The notes: generated by a model from the letters alone, not told the origin. A DNA stretch of 57,441 bases from Patescibacteria group bacterium (GCA_020057505.1 JAGVFQ010000032.1:1-57441); one strand, 5' to 3'; counted from the first letter of the stretch, positions 32,675-42,345 are shown. Translations and numbers: made by a program.

Positions 32675-33526
32675 ATGAAAAATAAGTATAAGGCGATTGT
32701 CCTTTTTTTAATTCTAGGAATTTTTTTGTTTGGCGCGATGCAATTTGTGCTAGCCGCCGATGAGACTCCCGTGAAGTGCACTGCGGCAGGAGGCTGTACG
32801 GATCAAGGCTTGCGCCTGGCCGCTCTTCTCCAGAACCAAAAAATTTCTTTACCGCTTATCGTTGGCGCCGCGCTCATTGATAGCGTCAATCCTTGCGCTA
32901 TCGGCATGCTGATTTTACTTCTCGGTTATCTTATGGTTTTTAATAAACAGCCGGAACGGATGTTCAAAACCGGAACGGTTTATATTGCGACGATATTCGT
33001 GACTTATTTTTTAGTCGGTCTAGTTTTTTCCCATTTTGTTTATCTTCTCTTGGCTTGGAAATACTATACAATAGTAAGCCAAACAATTAAGTACGCCATT
33101 ATTATTTTGATCTGGGCGGCGGCTCTGGTTAATTTAAAAGATGTTTTTTGGTATGATAAGGGTTTTTCTCTTCACGTGCCGCATTCAAAAGTTCCTCTGC
33201 TCGTGAAATATATACAAAAAGTCAGTATCCCCGCGACTATTATTTTAGGCATTTTAGTAACTTTGTTTGAGCTACCATGCTCATTACCACTCTACGTCGG
33301 AGCGATTATGGTGATGACCAGTTCTTTTTCATATCTGGTGGTTGTTGGTTATTTGTTATTGTATAATTTGATCTTTGTTTTACCGCTTATAGTAATTTTT
33401 ACCATTCTTCTCAAAACCAAAAAAGTTTTTGAAGCCAAGGATATCCAGGAGCGGGGGAATAGGTGGATGAAATTATCCATGAGTTTGGCGCAGATCGGAA
33501 TTGGTTTGGTATTGTGGTTTTTATAA
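32675..33526 (+). CDS. Polytopic membrane protein, DsbD_2/CcdA-like (Cys in NPC and LPC motifs)
   Basis: Signal/TM N-terminus, then DSVNPCAIGML and ELPCSLPLY within TM helices. Confidence 0.45.
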   Translation: MKNKYKAIVLFLILGIFLFGAMQFVLAADETPVKCTAAGGCTDQGLRLAALLQNQKISLPLIVGAALIDSVNPCAIGMLILLLGYLMVFNKQPERMFKTGTVYIATIFVTYFLVGLVFSHFVYLLLAWKYYTIVSQTIKYAIIILIWAAALVNLKDVFWYDKGFSLHVPHSKVPLLVKYIQKVSIPATIILGILVTLFELPCSLPLYVGAIMVMTSSFSYLVVVGYLLLYNLIFVLPLIVIFTILLKTKKVFEAKDIQERGNRWMKLSMSLAQIGIGLVLWFL

Positions 33527-33625
33527 TTAATTTTCAATTTCTAATTTCCAATTTTCAATCAATTTCCAATGAATTAATTTTAAAAATTATAAAATTAAAA
33601 ATTGTAAATTATAAATTTTGTGGTT
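33527..33625. repeat. AT-rich imperfect inverted repeat element
   Basis: aattttcaatttctaatttccaattttcaatcaatttccaatgaattaatttt... is homologous to the left arm at 4370-4430. Confidence 0.75.
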
Positions 33626-33628
33626 TAA

Positions 33629-35254
33629 ATGGGCATCAAAAATATCTTAAATGGACAATCAAAGACAATCACTTCGGCGGCGGTGGTGATCGGCGCGGCC
33701 TCTCTTGCGAGCCGTTTGCTTGGCGTTTTTCGGGATCGCGTTTTGGCCGGCGAATTTGGTGCGGGCGATGTGCTTGACGCTTACTTTGCCGCCTTTAAAA
33801 TTCCCGATTTGGTTTATAATCTTTTGATTTTGGGCGCGCTCTCGGCTGGTTTTATTCCGGTTTTCGTCCGGATTTTTTATAATGACAAAAAAGAATCAGA
33901 GGCCTGGAAATTAGTGAATGATCTTTTAAATATTATGGCCGTTGGATTGGTTGTAATTTCTGCAATTTTTGTTTTAATCATGCCATATTTAATGCCATTT
34001 ATTGCCCCGGGATTTTCTGATGAAAAACTGCAAATCACGATCGGCTTATCAAGAATAATGTTTTTGAGCCCGATTTTTTTGGGGCTTAGCAATATTTTTG
34101 GCGGGATTCTCCAGTCGTTCAAAAGATTTTTTGTTTATTCCTTGGCGCCAATATTTTATAATTTTGGCATTATCGCCGGCGCGCTTTTTTTGGTTCCGCG
34201 CTTCGGCGTCTATGGCTTGGCGCTTGGTGTTGTCTTGGGCGCATTTTTGCACCTGCTAACGCAGATTCCGACCAGCCTCCATCTCGGCTATCATTATGCA
34301 TGGAGTTTTAATTTTAAAAGCTGGGGGATCAAGAGAATTTTGCGAATGATGATACCGCGCACTTTGGGTCTGGCCGTCACGCAGATTAATTTGGTTTTTA
34401 TGACGATTATTGCATCGCTCTTAGCGAGCGGCAGTCTCACGATTTTTAATCTGGCTAATAATCTTCAGAGTTTTCCCGTGGGCATTTTCGGCGTTTCTTT
34501 TGCCATCGCCGCTTTTCCGGCGCTCTCCGAATTGGCGACCAGAGAAGATAAAGGAGAATTTATAAAAAATTTTTCCAATACTACGCGGCAGATTTTGTTT
34601 TTTCTCGTTCCGCTCACGATTCTATTTATTGTTTTGCGCATTCAAATCGTCCGAGTAGTTTTGGGCAGCGGCCAATTCGATTGGGAGGATACGATTGTGA
34701 CCGCTCAAACTTTGGCCTGGTTTAGTTTTAGTTTGTTTGCCCAGGCGCTCTTGCCGCTTTTAGTTAGATCCTTTTTTGCCTTTCACGATTCCCGGACGCC
34801 ATTTTATATCGGACTAATGAGTGTGGTTTTGAACATTGCCCTTGGCTGGCCGTTGTCTTTGAAATACGGGATAGTCGGTTTGGCCCTGGCTTTTTCCATA
34901 AGCAGTATAGTAAATCTGATTTTGCTTTGGGTTTTGTTAAAAAAGAGAATACATAATCTGGACGAAAAATATATTGCCATCTCAGTACTAAAGTTTTCCA
35001 TTGCCGGATTTTTTATGGCCATATTTACCCAAGGCATGAAATATGTGGTTGAGCCGTTTTTTGGCACCGATACCTTTATTGGAATCTTCCTGCAAGGATT
35101 TATCGCTGGTTTGGTGGGTTTAGGAGTTTATTCTTTAATTTGCCTCTGGCTAAAATCTCCGGAAATGATAGTGTTTTATAACAGTTTGCGGCGAAGATTG
35201 ATCAAGCAGGCTTTGCCGGAGATTGAGAGTATCAGTGAGGGAGAAGAGATTTAG
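33629..35254 (+). CDS. murJ: Lipid II flippase MurJ (MviN family)
   Basis: SRLLGVFRDRVLAGEFGAG..LDAYFAAFKIPD N-terminal signature and about 14 TM segments. Confidence 0.85.
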   Translation: MGIKNILNGQSKTITSAAVVIGAASLASRLLGVFRDRVLAGEFGAGDVLDAYFAAFKIPDLVYNLLILGALSAGFIPVFVRIFYNDKKESEAWKLVNDLLNIMAVGLVVISAIFVLIMPYLMPFIAPGFSDEKLQITIGLSRIMFLSPIFLGLSNIFGGILQSFKRFFVYSLAPIFYNFGIIAGALFLVPRFGVYGLALGVVLGAFLHLLTQIPTSLHLGYHYAWSFNFKSWGIKRILRMMIPRTLGLAVTQINLVFMTIIASLLASGSLTIFNLANNLQSFPVGIFGVSFAIAAFPALSELATREDKGEFIKNFSNTTRQILFFLVPLTILFIVLRIQIVRVVLGSGQFDWEDTIVTAQTLAWFSFSLFAQALLPLLVRSFFAFHDSRTPFYIGLMSVVLNIALGWPLSLKYGIVGLALAFSISSIVNLILLWVLLKKRIHNLDEKYIAISVLKFSIAGFFMAIFTQGMKYVVEPFFGTDTFIGIFLQGFIAGLVGLGVYSLICLWLKSPEMIVFYNSLRRRLIKQALPEIESISEGEEI

Positions 35255-35357
35255 AATTATTAGTTTTCGGTTTCCAAACAAAGTGGTTTTTCAAATTCCC
35301 CGTTAGCAAAGGGGGAACTATAAAATATCTTCGTGGATTTTTATTGTAGTTTAATTT

Positions 35358-37160
35358 ATGGATCAATCTCTAATTCGTAATTTTTGCATTATCGCGCATA
35401 TTGATCACGGCAAGTCAACGCTCGCAGATCGTCTTTTGGAATTGACGGGAACTGTGGCCAAGCGAGACATGAAAGAACAAATTTTGGATCAAATGGACTT
35501 GGAACGGGAACGGGGGATTACGATTAAATTGGCGCCGGTTCGGATGAACTACAAAAATTATGTTTTGAATCTTATAGACACTCCCGGACACGTGGATTTT
35601 ACTTATGAAGTTTCCCGATCGCTCGCGGCCGTGGAAGGCGCGATACTTCTTGTTGACGCGACGCAAGGCATCCAAGCGCAGACGCTAGCTAATTTGTATT
35701 TGGCCTTGGAGCAAAATTTAACGATTATTCCCGTGGTAAATAAAATCGATTTGCCCAATGCGCAAATTGAAAAAACTGTTGAAGAAATTGTTAATCTGCT
35801 TGGCTGCAAAAAAGAAGAAGTGATTATGGCCTCGGCAAAGACTGGTCAGGGCGTGACAGATATTCTTGAGGCGGTGGTTAGTCGGATACCATCGCCGCGG
35901 GGAGAAACGGTGAAGCCTTTGCGCGCGTTAATTTTTGATTCCAATTACAATGAGTTTAAAGGCGTGGTTGCTTATGTTCGCGTAGTGGATGGCGAGGTAA
36001 AAGCCGGCGATAAGATTCTGATGATGGCGACCGGAGCGAGCGAAGAATGCCTGGAGGTTGGCATTTTAAATCCTAAAATGGAGTCAGTATCTAAACTCGC
36101 CGCGGGTGATATTGGCTATATCGTTACTGGCCTGAAAGAAGTGGAGAAGTGTCGCGTTGGCGATACGGTGACGAATTACGAATTGCGGATTGCGAATTAC
36201 GAATTTAATCCATTGCCGGGTTACAAAAAAGTGAAGCCGATGGTCTTTGCCGGCGTTTTTCCCAAAGAAGGAAATAATTTCAATCAGTTGCGTGAGGCGA
36301 TTTTGAAATTAAAACTGAATGACGCCGCTCTGATCTTCGAACCGGAGCATTCGGCGGTTTTGGGCTTTGGCTTTCGTTGCGGTTTTCTCGGACTTTTACA
36401 TCTTGAGATTTTTGTCGAAAGATTGAAGAGAGAATATAATTTAGATTTGATTGTTACGGTGCCGAGCGTGGCGTATAAGATTATTCTTAAAGATAAGAAT
36501 AAAAAAGAATTAATTATTAAAAGCGCCTTGGAGCTGCCCGATCCGTCGGTGATGGAAAATATTTTGGAACCGATTATGAAATTAGATATTATTACTCCGA
36601 GCGAATATCTCGGGCAGGTGATGCAGCTTGCCGCGGAGAAGCGGGGGGTTTATATCAATACGGAATATCTGAATCCCGAGCGAGCAATTTTGCATTACAA
36701 AATTCCTTTGGCATCGATTCTTGTCGATTTCTACGACAAACTCAAGAGCGCGAGTTCAGGCTATGCTTCAATGAATTATGAATTTTTAGATTACGAAAAA
36801 ACCGAAGTGATTCGGTTGAATATTTTAGTCGCGGAGGAAGCGGTTGAGGCTCTGTCCACTATTGTTTATGAAGATGAAGCGCAAAATGTCGGCCGGAAAA
36901 TCGTGGAATCTTTGAAAAACGCGATTCCCAAGCAGATGTTTGAAGTGAAAATTCAAGCCGCTATCGGCGGCAAGGTTGTCGCTTCTGAGCGTATTTCGCC
37001 TATGCGTAAGGATGTTATTGCCAAACTCTCCGGCGGCGATTATACCCGCAAACGCAAGCTTCTGGAAAAACAAAAAGAAGGTAAAAAGAAAATGAAAGAA
37101 GCGGGCCGAGGCCGAGTGGATATTCCGCCCGAAGCCTTTTTGGCGGTGCTTAAAAGATAA
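35358..37160 (+). CDS. lepA: Elongation factor 4
   Basis: IRNFCIIAHIDHGKSTLADR, DTPGHVDF, NKIDL, and the LepA-specific C-terminal domain. Confidence 0.95.
   Translation: MDQSLIRNFCIIAHIDHGKSTLADRLLELTGTVAKRDMKEQILDQMDLERERGITIKLAPVRMNYKNYVLNLIDTPGHVDFTYEVSRSLAAVEGAILLVDATQGIQAQTLANLYLALEQNLTIIPVVNKIDLPNAQIEKTVEEIVNLLGCKKEEVIMASAKTGQGVTDILEAVVSRIPSPRGETVKPLRALIFDSNYNEFKGVVAYVRVVDGEVKAGDKILMMATGASEECLEVGILNPKMESVSKLAAGDIGYIVTGLKEVEKCRVGDTVTNYELRIANYEFNPLPGYKKVKPMVFAGVFPKEGNNFNQLREAILKLKLNDAALIFEPEHSAVLGFGFRCGFLGLLHLEIFVERLKREYNLDLIVTVPSVAYKIILKDKNKKELIIKSALELPDPSVMENILEPIMKLDIITPSEYLGQVMQLAAEKRGVYINTEYLNPERAILHYKIPLASILVDFYDKLKSASSGYASMNYEFLDYEKTEVIRLNILVAEEAVEALSTIVYEDEAQNVGRKIVESLKNAIPKQMFEVKIQAAIGGKVVASERISPMRKDVIAKLSGGDYTRKRKLLEKQKEGKKKMKEAGRGRVDIPPEAFLAVLKR
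36174..36206 (+). repeat. Heptanucleotide tandem repeat (GAATTRC family) about 4.7 copies inside lepA
   Basis: gaattac gaattgc ggattgc gaattac gaattt, translated as NYELRIANYEF. Confidence 0.9.
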
Positions 37161-37167
37161 TTATATG

Positions 37168-37308
37168 GTTCTCCCCCTCGCAAAGGGGGAGTTAGAGGGG
37201 GTTCTGCGATAAGCTGCCTAATATCGCACACCACCCCTACCCCTCCTCTGAGAGGAGGGGATGAATAAAAGATGAGTAAAAAAATAAGGCGTTGAAGTTT
37301 CAACGCCT
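37168..37308. repeat. Cluster of four GC-rich perfect hairpins downstream of lepA
   Basis: CTCCCCCT/AGGGGGAG (37171-37191). TGCGATA/TATCGCA (37205-37228). CCCCTCCTC/GAGGAGGGG (37240-37260). AGGCGTTGA/TCAACGCCT (37287-37308). Confidence 0.8.
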
Positions 37309-37317
37309 GTGATTCTT

Positions 37318-37692
37318 AATTAAGGGGCTTTTTTTGCTACTATTCCTTTTAGAGGAATTTTTTCAGGCAGCCCCGGCGAGAATCTATTCGGTGATGATTA
37401 GTATTGTGCGTCCCATTCTTTTCTTTGAATCTCAACCATCACGGTTACAGATTCTAGTCTTTTAACCTGAACCAGTACCGATTTGTTTTTTGCACCTCCT
37501 TGCGTTTTTGTCGGCTTGGCTTGTCGATTTTTTGCTGGCTCTAGGCCTCCCATACGAGTGCCCGTAGCAAAGAGCTCTTAGCCAAGTAATCTCTGGCCTT
37601 GACCCCGCAAGCCTTTATTGTTGTGACATATGGCGCGCAACACGCGGGTGGGCCGGACTTGACGGTACTGGTAGAGAAAGGAACAGTTCTAA
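37318..37692 (-). ncRNA. Unassigned structured RNA candidate (about 370 nt)
   Basis: The minus-strand promoter is TTGACA (37721-37726), a 17-nt spacer, and TACAAT (37698-37703). The region has no ORF over about 13 codons and visibly higher GC than its surroundings. There is a 10-bp long-range pairing ACCAGUACCG/CGGUACUGGU and a 3-prime GGGGCU...AGCCCC hairpin. It contains AAGUCCGG, but I found no matching P4 3-prime strand. Confidence 0.45.
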
Positions 37693-37784
37693 AAAAGATT
37701 GTATAGCTGTTAATTTAAATTGTCAACTTTGGATTAAATTCTAAAATTTGATAGAATACTTATAGCTTATTAAACAACAAAAAT

Positions 37785-37886
37785 ATGATAAAACGCAGAA
37801 AGATTATAAAATTTGTCTGGATAATAATATCAGCGATGGTTGTTTTAATGATGCTTGCTTGGACCGTGGCGCCGGCGATGCAGTAA
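37785..37886 (+). CDS. Possible 33-aa single-TM peptide upstream of recJ
   Basis: MIKRRKIIKFVWIIISAMVVLMMLAWTVAPAMQ*. It is not in the ORF track because it is too short. Confidence 0.3.
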   Translation: MIKRRKIIKFVWIIISAMVVLMMLAWTVAPAMQ

Positions 37887-37901
37887 TAAACGAATAAATG
37901 T

Positions 37902-39728
37902 ATGACCAAAAAGTGGCAGGTGTTGCCAGAAATAACAAAAGAATTTCAAGATAAATTTCCGGAAATTAATCCAGTAGTTTTGCGGTTGCTTTATAATCGG
38001 GAGATTAGAACACAGAAAGCGATCGACGAATTTTTAAATCCCGATTACGGCCAGGATATCCACGATCCATTTTTACTTCGTGATATGGAAAAAGCAGTCG
38101 AGAGAATTATTAAAGCAATTAAAAAGAAAGAAAAAATCATGGTCCACGGCGATTATGACGCTGATGGCGTGACAAGCGCGGCGCTTGTTGTGACGTTGCT
38201 CGAGGCTTTGGGCGGGGATGTGGATGTTTACTTGCCGCATCGGGAAAAAGAAGGTTATGGTTTGAATCCCAAGACTGTTAAAGAGCTTAGCAAGCAGAAG
38301 ATAAAGTTAATTATTACTACAGATTGCGGCATTTCCAACAAAAATGAAATTAAATCAGCCAAGAAATTAGGCATTGATGTGATCGTGACCGACCATCATC
38401 ATCCGCCGGAAGAGCTGCCTGATTGTTTGATTATTAATCCTAAAGTTGTAGGTGAAAAATATCCTTTTACTGAGTTGGCCGGCGTGGGCGTGGCTTTCAA
38501 ATTGGCGCAGGCGCTGTTGAAGAGACTACAGACCGCGGGCTGCAGACTACGGCCTGACCAAAGTGCTATCGGCGGTAATCTGTCGTCTGTAAACATCATC
38601 GCGGGTTTTGAGAAATGGCTTTTGGATTTGGTGGCGATTGGCACGATTACTGATTGCTCGCTGCTCATTGGCGAAAATCGCACTTTGGTGAAATATGGTT
38701 TGATCGTTCTCAACAAAACGCGCCGCATCGGTTTACGAAAACTCGTGAAGGAAGCCGGTTTGGTTGATGAAGAAGCGGATCGATTATTAAAGCGCATGGA
38801 TCTTGATACTTATAATATCGGTTATCATATCGGACCGCGATTAAACGCCGCCGGCCGTATTAATCACGCCAATCAGGCCTATGACCTTTTAATGACCGGT
38901 AGCGAGGAAGAAGCGGGAAAAATGGCCACTGGCCTTGAGAAGACTAATAAGGACAGGCAAAAAATTACAGAGCAGATTGTGAAAGCCGTTGAGGAACAGA
39001 TTCAAGGGCATACCGAAGACAAGGTTTTATTCGGCGTAGGCGGTGATTGGTCTATTGGCATTGTCGGTTTGGTCGCCGGCAAAATAGTCGAACGTTATAA
39101 TCGGCCGACTTTGGTGATTACGCGTAATGAAGGCGAGCTTGCGGGATCGGGGCGCAGTATTCCGGAATTTAATATTATTGAGGCTCTGGAAAAATTAAAA
39201 AAATATTTATCTCGTTTTGGCGGCCATTCGCAGGCCTGTGGTTTTACTTTGAAAGAAGATGTTGATCTCGAGGGATTCAAAGCGGAGTTAAAGAAAATCG
39301 CGGAAAAAGAATTAAATGGTAAAGATTTAACGCCAATATTTCCTATCGACGCAGGGATTAATTTCAAGGATATTAATTGGGAGATGTTCCGAGAAATGGA
39401 AAAGTTTGAGCCGTTTGGCGAGGGCAATCCTTATCCGATATTTTTGATTGAAAAAGCCATGGTGGAGGAGATTCGTACCGTGGGCAAAGAAAATCATCAC
39501 CTGAAAATAAAATTGTCCGGTTCGGTTAACGGTTCAAAAAAGAGATTGGACGCTATCGGTTTTTGTTTCGCCAAGCCGACTAATGGCAATCCGGATTGGT
39601 GTAAAATTATAAAATCAGGCGACCTCATTGATATCGTTTGCGAAATCAATAAGAATGAATGGAACGGCTGTCAGGAATTGCAGTTGAAGATTCTGGATTT
39701 GAGAAAAACTGATTTACACAAATCTTAA
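37902..39728 (+). CDS. recJ: Single-stranded-DNA-specific exonuclease RecJ
   Basis: DHH motifs HGDYDADGV, TDCG, and VTDHH. DHHA1 region has GGHSQACG. Confidence 0.9.
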   Translation: MTKKWQVLPEITKEFQDKFPEINPVVLRLLYNREIRTQKAIDEFLNPDYGQDIHDPFLLRDMEKAVERIIKAIKKKEKIMVHGDYDADGVTSAALVVTLLEALGGDVDVYLPHREKEGYGLNPKTVKELSKQKIKLIITTDCGISNKNEIKSAKKLGIDVIVTDHHHPPEELPDCLIINPKVVGEKYPFTELAGVGVAFKLAQALLKRLQTAGCRLRPDQSAIGGNLSSVNIIAGFEKWLLDLVAIGTITDCSLLIGENRTLVKYGLIVLNKTRRIGLRKLVKEAGLVDEEADRLLKRMDLDTYNIGYHIGPRLNAAGRINHANQAYDLLMTGSEEEAGKMATGLEKTNKDRQKITEQIVKAVEEQIQGHTEDKVLFGVGGDWSIGIVGLVAGKIVERYNRPTLVITRNEGELAGSGRSIPEFNIIEALEKLKKYLSRFGGHSQACGFTLKEDVDLEGFKAELKKIAEKELNGKDLTPIFPIDAGINFKDINWEMFREMEKFEPFGEGNPYPIFLIEKAMVEEIRTVGKENHHLKIKLSGSVNGSKKRLDAIGFCFAKPTNGNPDWCKIIKSGDLIDIVCEINKNEWNGCQELQLKILDLRKTDLHKS

Positions 39729-39742
39729 CAAATTTTATCTAT

Positions 39743-40153
39743 ATGTTGCACAACAAAATCAAGCTCTACACCGATGGCGGAGCAAGAGGCAACCCCGGGC
39801 CAGCCGGAATCGGGGGAGTGATTAAAAATGAAAAGGGAGGAATAATTAAAGAATTTTCCCGTTTTTTGGGCGTTGCGACTAATAATCAAGCCGAATATCA
39901 GGCATTAATTTTGGGGTTGGAAAAAACCGCGGAGTTCTCTGCGAAGGAAATCAATTGCTATCTTGATAGCGAACTTGTGGTGAAGCAGCTTAATAGAGAA
40001 TATCGCGTTAAAGATAAGGATTTGGCGCCGCTGTTTGTAAAAGTGTGGAATTTGAGCTTAAAATTCAAAAAAATCAAGTTTCATCATATTTTTCGGGAAG
40101 ACAATAAAGAAGCCGATGGGCTTGTGAATCAAGCCATCGACCGGGGCGAATAA
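39743..40153 (+). CDS. rnhA: Ribonuclease H (type 1 family)
   Basis: LYTDGGARGNPGPAGIG, NNQAEYQALI, and a C-terminal NKEADGLVN. Confidence 0.8.
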   Translation: MLHNKIKLYTDGGARGNPGPAGIGGVIKNEKGGIIKEFSRFLGVATNNQAEYQALILGLEKTAEFSAKEINCYLDSELVVKQLNREYRVKDKDLAPLFVKVWNLSLKFKKIKFHHIFREDNKEADGLVNQAIDRGE

Positions 40154-40267
40154 TAATTTTGGTTTGTTATTTATTTTTGTGCTATAATATGGATATTCAC
40201 CCTTCGCCATCCTTCGCTAAAACTTCGGACGGCTACGGAGAATAAATAGAATTAACCAACTTTTTAT

Positions 40268-41347
40268 ATGGCTAAATCGCAAAATTTTTTGGGCGTTGAT
40301 TTGGGGATTGGCAGTATCAAATTGATTGAGCTCAAAAATGAAAATAAAAGGGCGCGGCTTGTGACTTATGGCTTTACCGAACAAGTATTTGATATCGTAA
40401 AAAGCGATTTGGATGAAAATAAAAAAGAAATAGCCAATCTGCTGAAGAAAATTTGCGAAAAGGCAAGAACTAGTACATCTGTCGCCGTTACCGCCTTGCC
40501 GGCTTCTGAGGTTTTTACTTCCATTATCGGCATTTCCAATGTTGAGAAAAAAGATTTGGCATCTCCTAAAATGTTGTTGCCGATTATAGAACGCGAGGCG
40601 GCAAAAATTTTGCCCCTGCCTATTGCTGAAATGGTTTTGGATTGGAAAGTAATTGATTCAAAAGGTACTGGCGACGCGGGCGATAAAATTTTGAAAAATG
40701 TAAAATTACTTCTCACGGCGGCGCCTAAAAGTTTAATCAAGAAATACATAGAAATTTTCAAGTTAGCCGGGCTCAATATTCTTAGTTTGGAAACCGAATC
40801 TTTCGCTTTGATTCGTTCGCTCATCGGCAATGATAAATCAACCATTACCATAGTCGACCTCGGAGCGACCAAGACTAACATCACGATCGTAAATAACGGC
40901 ATTCCGTTTTTGACACGCAGTATTAATGTCGGCGGACAGTCGATTACCAAAGCTATCAGTGAAAGTTTGAGTATTAATTCAGATCAGGCTGAGCAGCTCA
41001 AGACTGATGTGGGTTTGCCCATTATTGGCAACGAAAACGAGGATAGCGCTCCGCAAATCATTGAATCGCTTCTGGCTCCCATTGTGAGTGAAATTAAATA
41101 TTGTTTTGAATTGTACGGTTCAGAGAATAACAACGCCAAAACCAACATTGATAAAATAGTTCTTTGCGGCGGAGGAGCCCTGTTACCTAATCTTTCAGAG
41201 TATCTTTCTAACGCTTTGAATATGAGAATTTATGTCGGAGATCCCTGGGCGAGGATGCTTTGTCCGGATGAACTAAGGCCAGTGCTGGAAGAAATCGGTC
41301 CTCGATTGGCAGTTGCCATCGGTTTGGCCATGCGGGAAATTGAATAA
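40268..41347 (+). CDS. pilM: Type IV pilus assembly protein PilM (actin-like ATPase fold)
   Basis: LGVDLGIGSIKLIEL, VDLGATKTNITIV, and VLCGGGALLPNL. Confidence 0.8.
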   Translation: MAKSQNFLGVDLGIGSIKLIELKNENKRARLVTYGFTEQVFDIVKSDLDENKKEIANLLKKICEKARTSTSVAVTALPASEVFTSIIGISNVEKKDLASPKMLLPIIEREAAKILPLPIAEMVLDWKVIDSKGTGDAGDKILKNVKLLLTAAPKSLIKKYIEIFKLAGLNILSLETESFALIRSLIGNDKSTITIVDLGATKTNITIVNNGIPFLTRSINVGGQSITKAISESLSINSDQAEQLKTDVGLPIIGNENEDSAPQIIESLLAPIVSEIKYCFELYGSENNNAKTNIDKIVLCGGGALLPNLSEYLSNALNMRIYVGDPWARMLCPDELRPVLEEIGPRLAVAIGLAMREIE

Positions 41348-41423
41348 TAAAAATCGCTAATTAGTGCTAATTTTGTCGCGAATTGTCGCTAATATAAATA
41401 TTACTAATTCGTATTTAAAACAT

Positions 41424-41813
41424 ATGGTATCAAAAGAAAAAAAAATAAAAATTTTGTTAGTCGAAGATGATACATTTTTATTGGAAATGTACTCGACAAA
41501 ATTTAATTTGGAAGGATTCGATGTCGTGGCTGCCGCCGATGGAGAAGAGGGATTAAAATTGGCAAAAAAGGAGAAGCCGGATATTGTTTTGCTTGATGTT
41601 TTAATGCCGAAAATCGATGGATTCACGGTACTAAAAAAATTAAAAAAAGACTCGCAAACAAAAGCCATACCGGTAGTATTGCTCACTAATTTGGGACAAA
41701 AAAATGACATTGACAAAGGTTTGAAAGATGGGGCTGAAGGCTATCTAATCAAGGCGCATTTCATACCCTCGGAAGTAGTTTCGAAGATTAAAAAAATACT
41801 TAGCAAAAGTTAA
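41424..41813 (+). CDS. Stand-alone response-regulator receiver (CheY-like)
   Basis: KILLVEDD, phospho-acceptor context DIVLLDVLMPKIDG, and LTNLG...KA. The ATG at 41424 is preferred. Confidence 0.8.
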   Translation: MVSKEKKIKILLVEDDTFLLEMYSTKFNLEGFDVVAAADGEEGLKLAKKEKPDIVLLDVLMPKIDGFTVLKKLKKDSQTKAIPVVLLTNLGQKNDIDKGLKDGAEGYLIKAHFIPSEVVSKIKKILSKS

Positions 41814-41866
41814 TCAATATTAAACCCAAACCAATTATTTGGTTTACAAGGAAAGGGGGTGAAACA

Positions 41867-42316
41867 ATGAGAAAAAATATTAAAGGTTTTACATTAATTG
41901 AACTGTTGGTTGTTATCGCGATTATTGGCTTATTGTCGACTTTGGCTGTTGTCGCTTTGAGCAGCGCGAGAGCCAAGGCTCGCGATGCCAAAAGAGTTTC
42001 TGACATCAAACAAATCACGAGCGCTCTAGAATTGTATTTCAATGACAAGAACAGCTATCCCGTGGTTGATACGGCTATAACTTTGGGAAGCGCGAGCGAT
42101 AAGGTGCTTTGCGATACTGCTGCCGGATTTCAAGCTGACACGACCGGCTGCACTACTACTTATATGGGTCAGGTGCCCGCCAACCCGGATCCTAACGGTT
42201 CGATTTATTTATATACCGGTTCTGAGAGCGATTATTCAATCGGTTTTACTTTGGAAGGAACAACCGGCGGTTTAGCGGCAGGCGCTCATACCGCGAATCC
42301 AAATGGGATTCAGTAA
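41867..42316 (+). CDS. Type IV pilin / pseudopilin with prepilin N-terminal cleavage-methylation site
   Basis: KGFTLIELLVVIAIIGLL. Confidence 0.85.
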   Translation: MRKNIKGFTLIELLVVIAIIGLLSTLAVVALSSARAKARDAKRVSDIKQITSALELYFNDKNSYPVVDTAITLGSASDKVLCDTAAGFQADTTGCTTTYMGQVPANPDPNGSIYLYTGSESDYSIGFTLEGTTGGLAAGAHTANPNGIQ

Positions 42317-42345
42317 ATTTAGATTTTAGAAAATTTTCTAAATTT

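Noticed and set aside
33463-33777. 104-aa ORF spanning the AT-rich repeat and the murJ start.
   Set aside because: It is a translation of the AT-rich inverted repeat (INFQFLISNFQSISNE) and an out-of-frame part of murJ, so it is spurious.
37040-37303. 87-aa minus-strand ORF downstream of lepA.
   Set aside because: It is composed of translated GC-rich hairpins (PPLRGG repeated) and overlaps the lepA 3-prime end, so it is an artefact of the palindromic repeats.
37318-37692. Assignment of the 370-nt RNA as RNase P RNA, tmRNA or SRP RNA.
   Set aside because: AAGUCCGG and the size fit RNase P RNA. However, I could not find the complementary P4 3-prime strand (ACAGAA...GGCUUA type). I also found no tmRNA-like GGGG 5-prime end or T-loop/ACCA 3-prime end, and no SRP GGAA tetraloop/AGCA motif. 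It is left unassigned pending covariance-model search.
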